A DNA stretch of 64,000 nt from positions 90,086,001 to 90,150,000 of the forward strand of contig NC_042997.1 of assembly GCF_006345805.1 (NCBI RefSeq), in the 5' to 3' direction. Shown here one piece after another: positions 25,525 to 37,226 of this stretch; position 1 is the first letter of the stretch; every line of letters starts with the position of its first letter. The translations under genes were made by a program, and so were the position numbers. The DNA is from Octopus sinensis (taxonomy: Eukaryota). Below the pieces are notes generated by a model. That model was not told the origin of the DNA. It ran no database searches and saw only the letters and a program-made list of their open reading frames with translations.

Positions 25525-26070
25525 TTATTAATTAATTATAATTATGCTGCATTTATTTCTAAATGCTGTATTTGTTTTCCGTGAAAATTTGGCGCGCTGT
25601 TAGTTGGGGCATTTGAATTATAACGTCGGATGTAATCAATTGAACCACACGCGTATTTATCGTTATGGTAAAATCTGGCGTGTGATTGAGTGGATTTCAT
25701 CCAGATAGTTTTGGCTGAGGAGCTACAAGTGGATTTTTTTGTAAGTAAAATTATATTTAATTCATTAATAGCGAAACAATTGTCCCAAAATGATCTGTAT
25801 TTTTGTTATTTTTTATTTGCCCTGTCCGTGTGAGCTAACAATCGTACTGACTTTCATGGGAAACATGTATTTTTGTGGTTGAAACCTTTTGGATTAACTG
25901 GTGCTAGAGTGAGCCATATAGTGACCACTCTCTTATATTTATTTTGTAAAAATATTATAATATATTATAAAATATTATAATAATCCAGGTTTCTCGGAGC
26001 ACTAGGCCACTTGGTGTAGAATAGATATACTATTAAATTAGTATCTAATTCTCTCACCCTTATTAATTAA

Positions 26071-26075
<5 letters not shown>
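25524..26075. mobile_element. Hammerhead-bearing unit bounded by 17-bp direct repeats (Penelope-like pLTR or retrozyme-like)
   Basis: CTTATTAATTAATTATA at 25524-25540 and 26059-26075; 518-bp interior with no TIR, poly-A or ORF; 12 CpG in 25580-25844; embedded in (TA)n on both sides. Class assignment is inferred from the ribozyme. Confidence 0.55.
25702..25797 (+). ncRNA. Type I hammerhead ribozyme with intact catalytic core
   Basis: Stem I CAGATAGTTTTGG (25702-14) pairs with CCAAAATGATCTG (25785-97). Core CTGAGGA (25715-21). Stem II GCTA/TAGC closes a 43-nt loop. GAAA (25773-76). Stem III AC-AATT-GT (palindrome ACAATTGT). GUC cleavage triplet ends at 25784. Confidence 0.85.
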
Positions 26076-26123
<48 letters not shown>

Positions 26124-26611
26124 CACCATGGATCCATATTCTAAAGGAAACAGAAAGAACGGTTCCTATTCAAACTTGGCACCATGTTACTGACATGTTT
26201 AACTCCTTAGCATTTAAACAGGCCATAACCAGGCAAAATATGTTACCTGTCTTATGTTCAAACTGATCAGATCCTGCCATTCACACCTACTCTACAATGT
26301 CATCAAAGTCATGCCCCAGCATGGCCACAATCTAACGACAGAAACAAGTAAAAGGTAAAAGAAAAATTTCTTGATTTCAATGTTTATAGGGTTGATTTGA
26401 TAGATGTTTATCTCTCAAATAACACAGTCTACCTAACTGTAAATAGAGATCATGAGAAGAAACAATGAGAACCACTCTGCAGTCACTTGACCCATTAGAA
26501 ATAGCAATTAAATCTCCCTCAAATCACACACTACTATACCGAAAAGAAAAAAAAAAGGACACTGATTTTGTAGATTTAGAGAGGCAAAAAGATTGTATGG
26601 CCATGGCTTAA

Positions 26612-26829
26612 TCATTTTGATACCAACCTGCAGAAAACTGTATCTAGTTCTATGATATAAGCTTCCTAGTTCAAAGTGATCTAAATTAAAATTTCCCATC
26701 AAAATTTCATTAATTTATGTTCTTAACACCTGCTTAATAACTACAGTTATTTTACTAAATTCTTCATTATGTTCAAAATTAATTGAAACACAGGCTGTGT
26801 ATTTCAACAGAAATATGGTCACAAAAGTG
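26612..26829. mobile_element. piggyBac-type MITE (family E)
   Basis: TTAA on both sides; body matches 49570-49788. Confidence 0.7.
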
Positions 26830-27029
26830 TTAATGGCTTTTCATCATGTCATCAAGCATGGTTGACTAGGAACCTAAATAACAGCAATGTAAAATTTATA
26901 TTGTAAAATAAACAAAAATTTGCCTCTTATTAAATAAAACAATCTTACAGGGTTGGATTCAGTTTCTTGTCTGCCAGGCTGATGATCTGCACATTATTAT
27001 CCATTGTATATTAATAACGATCATAGGTC

Positions 27030-27950
27030 AGGTGAGGACATATGTGACGCACAGGCGCTGTTGCAATGTGTTGCTGCATTCATCATTTATTAGTATATTC
27101 CTGGGTCCTCCCATGCAAACTGTTGAGCAGAGTCCCAGTCTGTCCCCACCTTCACAAGATACCTCCTCATCTGCTGTGACCATGTGGCATGTGGTCAACC
27201 AACACAAGCTGTCAACCCAGCTGGATCCTCAATGAAGGGAACACTGTAAGCAGGGTCTAACTCAGAAAACTGAGCAACATGGCCAAACATCTGAGCTAGC
27301 ATTCTTGAATCATGCAAGTAATAAGGTGCATCCCAGTTTCTAAGTAGAGCTGTTGGTTGGATATGGTAACCCATAATCCTGTTAAGCATTCTGGCACCAA
27401 AGGAGTTCAGGTGGCTCCTAAGGGCCCCAGAAAGGGTCCAAGTCTCACAACTATAGAGTAAAAATGTAAAAGTAAAGGTTATGTTAAAAAGGCAAAGTTA
27501 TCTTCTCAAGCCATGCTGACTCATAAGGGCTGGTTTCCTGTTTCCCTATCACAGAATTATTCATTTATGCCAACTGAGTGGACTGGAGCAACGTGAAATG
27601 AAGTGTTTTGCTCAAGAACACAATACATCGCCCGGTCCAGGAATTGAAACCACAAAGTTACAATCATGAGTCCAGCCCCCACTAACCACTAAGCCACACA
27701 CCTCCACAAGAGTAGGATAGAGAGGACCAGAGACCTTAAGACTTGAACCTTCTTCCTCCTGCTCAGATATTGGCAGTACCAAACAACCTTGTCCAATGAA
27801 TCCACAACTGCATTGGCTCATCAAAATCTTTTTTAGGACTTCCGACTTGCAGCTAATGCCACTATGAATCTCATTGCTGAAATAAGTGAAGTGGTCAACA
27901 ACCTCAACATTCTCAATGCCCCAGAGACAAACAAGGCTGCAACCCTCCAA
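27030..27950 (-). mobile_element. Ancient RTE-like LINE 3' fragment interrupted by SINE pieces
   Basis: Degenerate VEVVDHFTYFSNEIHS and FGHVAQFSELDPAY...EDPAG..., similar to RTE-type C-termini; GGTCA-type tail near 27026. Confidence 0.6.
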
Positions 27951-28039
27951 GAAGCCAGTGGAAGACTGGAATAATGATCAGAGATCCTAATGTATTATGG
28001 AACTTGTCAGATTATTAAAGCAATTATTATTTTTATTCT

Positions 28040-28500
28040 TTTATATGTTTCAGACCTAAGGTTGTGGCCATGCTAGGGCACTGCTAGTCTTAAAAATTAT
28101 TATCTTTTCATCTTTTACTTGTTTCAGTTATTGAACTGCAGTTGTACAGTGGCATCTTGAAGGGTTTTAGTTGAACAAATCAACCCCAGTATTAATGTTC
28201 TTTTTTTCCATCCTCTAAGTCTGGTACTTGTTCTATCAGTCTCTTTCGATGAATCACTAAGTTACAAAGATATTAACAAACCAACACTGATTGTCAAGTG
28301 GTGATTTGGGAGATGACAAATGCAGACACAAAAACACACACAAAAACTCATACACATAAAAGCTCAAGTTTCCACACATTTTCCATTTGCCAAGGCCTGA
28401 GGCTGTAATAGAAGACACTTGGCCAAGATGCCATGCAGTAGGACTGAACTGAAAACCATGACATTGCAAAGTGAATTTCTTAACTACACAGTCACACCTG
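28040..28500 (-). mobile_element. SINE family A
   Basis: Reverse complement of the family A consensus; head-to-head with the next copy. Confidence 0.75.
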
Positions 28501-28518
28501 AACCTATTTCTTTTTAAA

Positions 28519-28940
28519 GGCACAGGCATGGCAGTGTAGTAAGAAGTTTGCTTCCCAACTACATGGTTCCAGGTTCAGCCCTACTGTGTGGCACCTTGGG
28601 CAAGTGTCTTCTACTATAGCCTTGGGCTGACCAAAGCCTTGTGAGTGGATCTGGCAGATGGAAACTGAAAGAAGCCCATCACATATATGTATATACATAT
28701 ATATATATATATTGATGTGTGTGACTTTGAGTCTGCATTTGTTCCCCATCACCACTTGACAACTGGTGTTTATGTCCTGGTAACTTAGCAGTTCAACAAA
28801 TGGGTCAAATAGAATAAGTACCAGGCTTTAAAGTAAAATAAATACTGGGGTCAATTCATTCAACTAAAAATCCTTCAAGGTGGTGCTCCAGCATTGCCAC
28901 AGTCAAATGGCTAAAACAAGTGAAGAAGTAAAAAATAAAA
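28519..28940 (+). mobile_element. SINE family A
   Basis: Colinear with 60978-61367. Confidence 0.8.
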
Positions 28941-29610
28941 GATACCACTTTTTACTACTTACTACTAAACTGTGAAATATCAGGGAAACTTGCTTGTCAG
29001 CTAGGTAGACTGAGCCAAGCAGAGTTATATAATTTTCAAGGTATATAAATCACATTGACCAGAATAGTAAGGGTTGAACTCAGGACCATGTAGTCAGCAA
29101 TCTCAGTCTTTTGTAAGTATGAAACACTGATAATCAAACAATGTAAGAAATGTAGAGGAAGCAACAATAACTGTCATACCAAGAAAGAACAGCAATGTAA
29201 GGAAGGGAGGAGAGATAATAAATCTTCCTCACTTCAAACTCTATAAAAGAAAAATAAAATAAAACCCAAATAGAAAAATAAATGAAATTAAAAAAGATCA
29301 GTAGAAGAGAAGATAAGTTCTTGAAGAAAAATGAAATGGTCAAAATTGATAATGATGATGATGATGATGATGGTTGGGATAGTGAGAAAAGAAAAACAAA
29401 AATAAAGAAATAGAATAAGATAGAATGATGGAAATTAATACAAAAATATTAATAGAAAAATAACAGGAAGACAAATCTTCTGGACATAGTTTTATCTTTT
29501 ATCATTAATATTAGAAGATTTAGCATTATTTTTTCCTAGTATCTTCCTTTTATTTTTGTGTTAATGTCATTGGTTTCACTGTTTGTTTACCTTTGTCATC
29601 ATTATCACCG

Positions 29611-29641
<31 letters not shown>

Positions 29642-30034
29642 TGTTACTATCATTGTTGTCGGTGTTATTTTATTCATTGTTATCAGTATTATTATTATTA
29701 TTTTAATTATTTTTTTTTTGGAGTTCAATCTTAAGCACACATAAAATATTAATATACTATTGCCACCGTAACGGAAACAAGAAACAAATCAACAACAACA
29801 TCATCAGCAAGAACAACAATGTTGATGATGATGATGACGACAACGGCTGCTGTTATATTTTTACTTTTTGCACTCCTACTTTGATACACATCATCCCACC
29901 CCTCGACTCTGTCAACAGTTGCAGCTAATAATGTCTCTGTCAAATGCTAAAGGCCAAATAACACTGATTAATGTGTTCCTCATCTTGGCAGAGTAAGACA
30001 AAAAGAAAAGCAAACAAAAACATACAGGCACAAC

Positions 30035-30125
<91 letters not shown>

Positions 30126-30249
30126 TATATATATATATGTGTGTGTATGTATGTATGTGTGTGTGTGTGTATATATATATGCTAGCATGGAAGGTGGACT
30201 TTAAATGACGATGATGATATATATATGTATGTATGTATATATGTGCATG

Positions 30250-30306
<57 letters not shown>

Positions 30307-31006
30307 ACATATGTGTGTGTGTATATATATATATAAATATAACAACATACCAACAGAAAAACAGAGTGGTGAAGAGTGATTTGCTTTAAATAAAATATAT
30401 ATTCTAGGCAGTTTGTTCTTCTTTTCACTGCAGACCACCATATCTATTGAAAGGAGAAAAACCAATATCTCGCTCCAGAATACCACCAGGGGAACGAATG
30501 GAAATCTTTGATTGTTTTTTTTAAAGTTTTTCTTTAATATATTTTCTAAAAATTTAATTTGAAACTTTTCTACATCTCTAAGTCTAAATCAAAATAATAA
30601 CCAATGAAATTCCTTTGTGAAGGCACAGTAACCAATCAAATTTTCAGATGTCTGCCAACCGAGAATTCTCATAGTGGCAACTAACCTATCAGATCTGCTC
30701 AAAAATGACAATCAATCATAAAAATAAACCAAAAAGTAACCCACAGGTAAGCACTGAACAACATAGAGACAATGAAAACAGAAACATTTTTATTTAAACA
30801 CAATTTAAAGAAGAAAAAAGACTTTCAACAATTTTCTCACCTACTAACCATCGACACCCACACTATAACAACTATTGTTCCCACCACATAGACATACAAA
30901 GGATGACTATGTGATGGTTACTCAATTAAGCAATGAAGGAGCCTCTACATAACTGCTCATCCTGTTAGAAATAGCAACCAAACCTCCATCAAATTACCCT
31001 TAACAC

Positions 31007-31566
31007 CAGTAGTTCTCAATAATTTTTTACTTATGAATCCCTCCCCACTTTGATTATCATTGTTTTCTGGTGGAGCTCCATAGTCTCTCAATGTTTAAAA
31101 TCTAGTTGTATAGATACTTCTTTCAAGAATTCTTATTTTACTTTTCATACATTAATTTGTGTAGATTGAGTTATGTAAAATGTTACAGAAAGAAACCTAG
31201 GTGTTTCTTACAATAAATATATCAAAAGCAAAATTTTTCCATGAGCCAAGTTAACCTGTTAGCATTTAAACCAGCCATATCCAACCCAAATATTCTACCA
31301 GCTTTATGTTCAAACTGACCAGATCTAGCATCTCACACCACCCCTACAATGTCATTCTAAAAATTAACCATCACATCTTCAAAATCTCTGAGCTACAAAA
31401 TAATACGTAATTAATTTTTTTTTTTAATGTGAATAAATAAGCAATACATTTGACAGAATAATCTAAATGTTAAAGGGTTAAAATTTACTATTTTGTTTGT
31501 GTGGACCCCCCTCCCAATCTTATATGGACCTCCTGGGGTCATATGGACTCTGGTTGATAATCACTG
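31007..31566. mobile_element. hAT (Charlie-like) MITE
   Basis: Ends CAGTAGTTCTCAA and TTGATAATCACTG; 8-bp TSD cttaacac/cttcacac (7/8). Confidence 0.75.
31255..31477. mobile_element. piggyBac-type MITE (family D) nested in a hAT MITE
   Basis: TTAA/CCTGTTAGCATT...AATGTTAAAGGG/TTAA. Confidence 0.8.
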
Positions 31567-32846
31567 CTTCACACCAAATTTCCATCAAATTACACCATAC
31601 TGCCTAAAGAAAGGATACAGTGAATAAAGATGTCCTGGGGATCCTCACAGCTGGAATGTCACTGATCATAAATCGACTTGATGATGACTGATCTGGGGTT
31701 AAAAGACAACTCTTTTCATAATAACTCAAATGGTCACCAACCTTCTCAATCCCATGTAACTAATCATTATTACCCATACTCAACAGGCCTCATCACAAAT
31801 CACACTGACCATTAGCAACCACATCCATGTAACACACTGGCCATGTTACACTGACACTCACCAACCACCATCACCCATACCTATTAATTTTGCAGTTAAC
31901 ATATGTGAGTGTATGTGTATGCACACACACACACATACACACACACACACACACACATGTATATATAATCAAATGACTAACAAAAGATGATGGATATGCA
32001 CCATAGGGATTTACGACATGTCAGACACCCTGGAGTATATCAACAATATACAATCAATGTAACATGTGCTCTGGACTAGCCCCTAGGTGCTAAATACTCA
32101 TAGGGTTGGGTTTTTTTCTGTGTACACAATCAGGATATCCTATTAAAGGAAGAGAGAGAAAACCCCAGATAAAATGAAACCTTGCTGCAAAAGTACAGAC
32201 AAAAAAATAGGCAGGCAAGCACATGTTCTCATCACAAGATCTTGACTCAACTGTATTATGTATTGAACATGAGACATGAAACCATCTTATAGCTTCATGC
32301 AAAGACATTTACACTCCAAGCTTTCATGTATATTCCCGTCTCAACAGTTTTTCAACCACAAACCGAACAAAGGATATAGTTGCTTCTTATGAACTCATAA
32401 GAAGTGATATGAAAAACCAAGTCAAAATGTCATCTCCTGCTAATAAGTGCAACTACTATGTACTTCAGGTAAAAAAAAAAAATGGGCACTGTGAGATACA
32501 AGGGCTTGCAAATGACCCATGCAGCAAACATTAACATCAAACTGAGCAAAAATTATTGTAAGAAATTATTGTTCATAACTATTAAGAGTAATCATCATTA
32601 TTATTGCCATTACTAATTATATAACTACATACATGCTGTTGGTAATTTCTTTTGCCTTCTTTGGACTTTTCCCTTTTCCTTCCTGGTGAAGAACTATGCT
32701 CAAAATGTTGAAAACTTTCTTTTTTTACCAGGTGTCAAACTAATACATTCCATGTGCACATCCTCTTGTTGTTTGTTATTGTTATTTTTAATGTTTGTTT
32801 ATTTGATTGACTATATATAAACATACATATCTATACAAACATATTC

Positions 32847-32896
<50 letters not shown>

Positions 32897-34482
32897 AACC
32901 TATGCAATAGATATATAAACAGAGTAAATTTAACTACCTGTGTGGAGACTGAAAAAAATTATGATCAACCTTAACAGATTTTCAAACATTATCGCATTCT
33001 TATGAGAGGTGTCTACATCACTTAACCAATCTCAGAAAACCAAGTAGCCAATCTGTTTATATAAATGTCAAATCAAGGAGCTTCGGAGAACTGGAATGAC
33101 TAATTTGCATATTATAAGTATTCAACACTTTATTATTAATTATTAATATCAGTGGCCTGTCAATGGGTGGGGAGGATCTCAGTGCACATAATATCAAGTA
33201 AAGCTATACATAACATATGCTGTAGATATATAAATTAAGCAAATTTAACTAATTCTCTATTGATAGAAAAGATGTTGGACAGCTTTAATTGATTTTCAAA
33301 CTTTATTGGGTTCTCGAATGTATGTATGTAATGTAAGCATGTATGTAATGTAAGTATGTATGTAATGTATGTATGTATGTATGTATGTATGTATGTATGT
33401 ATGTATGTATGTATGTGTGTGTGTATGTATTTATGCATGCATGCATTCATACATACATGCACACACCTATTTATTAGTGAAAATATACATCTCTTTATAT
33501 ACTGGCACATATACATTCATATATAAATACCATATGTCCATATATGTATGTGTGTGTCCATATATACATATGCACATGTACATATACATATATGTGGCAT
33601 ATATACATATATGTGCATATATACATATATGTGCATATATATGAGTGTATGTGCATATATTTACAGACGTATACATTTGCATAAGCTCTTACATTTGTAT
33701 ACATATACATACTTATGTGTACATATATATACAAACACACATACAAAGACACACACAGATATACATCTATATACATATTCACACACACACAAACATATGC
33801 ACACATACATGGGTGTAGATATATATATACTTACACATGCATAGGTACAAATCTACATATGTATACAAATACATACACATACAGAGGATTACACACATTT
33901 GCACACACATTGCCATTCTACATGAAGCTATTTTGAAATTTTTAATTTTTTACATCTCAACCTTGTTAGGCATATGTGAACATGAATCTATCATGTGGTG
34001 CTTGTTGACATGAGATAATGAATTGATCGCTCTGTCCAAATATCTATTAAGCATATTAATTACATAGATTGAAGCAATGTCAAGAATAAGGAAGGGAAGA
34101 AAGGGAAAGAAAAGATATCAGATTTGTTCTGTGTACTGAAGGTCTTCTTGGTAGGTTTGCATAATATTTCCATTTCATGCTCAGCTACATGCACATACAC
34201 ACATATATATATACACGCATATATATATATATATATATATATCATCATCATCATCATCGTTTAACGTCCGCTTTCCGCGCTAGCACGGGTTGGACGGTTC
34301 GACCGGGTCTGGGAAGCCAGGGGCCGCTCCAGGCTCCAGTCTGAATCTGGCAGAGTTTCTACGGCTGGATGCCCTTCCTAACGCAAACCACTCCGTGAGT
34401 GGATTGGGTGCTTTTTACGTGCCACCTGCACAGGGGCCGGAGGGTCCGGCATCGTCACGATCGGTTCGAGCATTTTAACGTG

Positions 34483-37226
34483 TCAGCGGCACGGGGGCAA
34501 CGAGGTCCGGGGTACTTTGGGGATCGGGGTACTTTGGGGATCCAGGGTACTTTGGGGATCCGGGGTACTTAGAATGGGTAGGGGGTATGTGGAATTGCTG
34601 CAGAAAGCAGCCCGGGTCTTTGTAGTCACAGCATATCTCCAGAGATCTCGGTCCTTCGCCATTGCCTCAGTGAGGCCCAATGCTCTGAGGTCATGCTTGA
34701 CCACCTCATCCCATGTCTTCCTGGGTCTACGTCTCCCCCTGATACCTTCAACTGTTTGGGAGTGGCACTTCTTCACACATCTCTCTTCATCCATCCGCAG
34801 CACATGACCATACCATCGCAAGCGTCGCTCTTGCACACCACATCTGATGCTTCTTATATCCAGCATTTCTCTCAGGATACTTACACTCTGTTTTGCGTGC
34901 ACACTGACACTACACATCCAGCGGATCATGCTAGCTTCATTTCTTTCAAGTCTACGCATGTCTTCTGCAGTCACAGCCCATGTTTCATTACCGTGAAGCA
35001 TGGCAGTTCGCACACATGCATCATACAATCTACCTTTTGCTCTGAGGGAGAGACCTTTTGTTGCCAGTAGGGGTAGGAGCTTTCTGAACTTTGCCCAGGC
35101 TATTCGTATTCTAGTGGTGATACTCTCTGTGCATCCACCTCCGCTACTAACTTGGTCACCCAGGTAGCGGAAACTATCAACTACTTCTAGTTTCTCTCCC
35201 TGGAGTGTGATGGAATCTGTTTTCTGAGTGTCTGTTGTGTCTATTGTCCCTGTGCATCTGCCGCACATGAAAGCTATCTTATCTGTTAATTTCCCTTTAA
35301 TGTTGCTGCACCTCTTATGTGTCCATAACTTACATTGGGTGCATCTTATGGAGTTTCTACCTGTACCTTTCCTACAGGTTGAGCAGGGCCACCTACCCGA
35401 GGGGATGTGTGCTGAGTACCTCTTGCTGCTTACTAATACTTTGGTCTTTGCTACATTTATTCTAAGGCCCTTTGATTCCAACCCTTGCTTCCACACCCGA
35501 AATTTCTCTTCTAGTTCCGGTAGTGATTCTGCTATGAGAGCTAGGTCATCGGCATAGAGGAGCTCCCAGGGGCATCCCGTTTTGAATTCCTCTGTTATTG
35601 CCTGAAGGACTATGATGAATAAAAGGGGACTGAGGGCTGAGCCCTGGTGCACACCTACTTCTACCCGGAATTCTTCACTATATTCGTTGCCAATCCTAAC
35701 CTTGCTGACAGCCTCTCTGTATAGAGCCTGTACAGCCTTTATTAGCCATTCTTCAATCTCCAGTTTCCGCATCGACCACCAATAAGGGAACGGGGAACCC
35801 TGTCAAAGGCTTTCTCCAAGTCTACAAAAGCTATGTAGAGGGGTTTATCTTTAGCTAGGTACTTCTCCTGCAGTCGTCGGACCAGGAATATAGCATCAGT
35901 GGTGCTTCTACCTGGTACAAAACCGAACTGCATTTCATCTAAACAAATTCTCTCCCTAATGAGATTGGTTATGACCTTCTCTGAGACCTTCATCACCTGG
36001 TCCAACAGTTTGATACCTCTGTAGTTATTTCTATCTAGAGCATCACCCATACCCTTGTAGCAGTTGACTATGGTGCTGCTGCACCAGTCATTGGGTATGA
36101 CTCCATTGTGAACTACCTGGTTTACAATGCGGGTGACTATGGCATAGCCCACATAGCCAGCTGTTTTAAGCATCTCAGCAGTGATTCCTGATAGGCCAGG
36201 GACTTTGCCTGGTTTCATATCCTTAATTGCCTTATCTACAAGGGAGCTGTCTATTCGGGTAGCTGGTCCCTCTACTGGGTCAACATTTGGCAGGCTCTCC
36301 TCCTCCCATTCATTCTCCTCATTCAGCAGTCTTTCATAATGGCTTCTCCAAGCCTCTTTCTTTTCACTAGTAGTAAAAGCAAGTGCCCCATCATCCATGC
36401 GGACACATTTCTCTCCTATAACATCGCTATTTTCTCTGACACACTGTCTGGCAATCCGAAATACTTCAGCTCTTTGATCCTCGCGACGCTGGACATTGGC
36501 AAACTTCTTCTTTCTGCTACATCTTTGGCAATGTATACCTGCCGCCCAGCCTCCCTTTTGGCTATCTGGTACAGTTCCCTGCTGCCCCCATCCTTCCAGG
36601 CTTTCCAGGCCCTCTCTTTTCACAGATGGCTTTATCTACTGCACTATTCCACCACCACGTAATTCTAGGTCTGGAAGGGACTTTGCACCATCCACAGACT
36701 TGGTCTGTGGCACTCAACAAGCTGTCCCGTAGGAATTCCCAGCTACCTTCTATGTCTGACGTCTGAAGCTCCTCCTCCCTCTCATCAAATTTCTTGATGA
36801 GTATGTCCCTAAATTTCTGACCATGCGAAGGGTTCTTTAGCCTCCAAATCCTTCTTTTCTGGATTATTTTGTTTCTTGGAGTCCTTCTGGCCTCAAGCTT
36901 AAAGTCACTGATGATTAGTCTATGCTGAGGGATACATTCTTCACCCGGGAGGGTCTTTGTATTCAAGAGCAACCCTGCATCCCGTTGTCTGGTGAGGATG
37001 AAGTCTATTTGGCTAGCGGAGTCTCCTGACTGATAAGTTATAAGGTGGCAGACTGGCTTCTTGAAGTTAGTGTTGCAGATTGAAAGGTTACATGCATCAC
37101 AGAATTCCAGCAGTCTAGTTCCCTCATCATTTCTGGTGCCAATACCATAGCCACCATGTACCCCAGTGAAGATACCCGATTCCCGCCCAACATGCCCGTT
37201 AAAATCTCCACCTACAAAGATGAGGT
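34483..37226 (-). pseudogene. RTE endonuclease/reverse transcriptase ORF broken by single-base deletions
   Basis: Consecutive ORF pieces 36562-37335, 35742-36623 and 34483-35772 join through -1 shifts near 36610, 36510 and 35775, with no in-frame stops in the restored frame. Confidence 0.85.
34507..34570. repeat. 18-bp G-rich repeat in the RTE 3' region
   Basis: (C)CGGGGTACTTTGGGGAT x3.6 (units 18, 17, 18, partial). Confidence 0.95.

Noticed and set aside
25560-25746. First exon and promoter of a nested antisense protein-coding gene (CpG cluster, E2F-like site, GTAAGT)
   Set aside because: No downstream coding exons found. The hammerhead fold and 17-bp flanking repeats explain the segment better as a young mobile unit.
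25983-26007. Helitron-like 3' end (small hairpin then CTAG) inside the ribozyme unit
   Set aside because: Hairpin is weak, only 3 nt from CTAG, and the unit continues 50 bp further to the direct repeat.
26951-27030. 81-nt open exon-like segment with CAG/gtgagg donor
   Set aside because: The donor is part of the reversed RTE-like tail (ggtcaggtgagg).
30434-30523. Terminal-exon-like [26 protein letters not shown]
   Set aside because: No protein family recognised; flanked by (TA)n and sequence that looks like repeat (possibly Penelope-related) debris.
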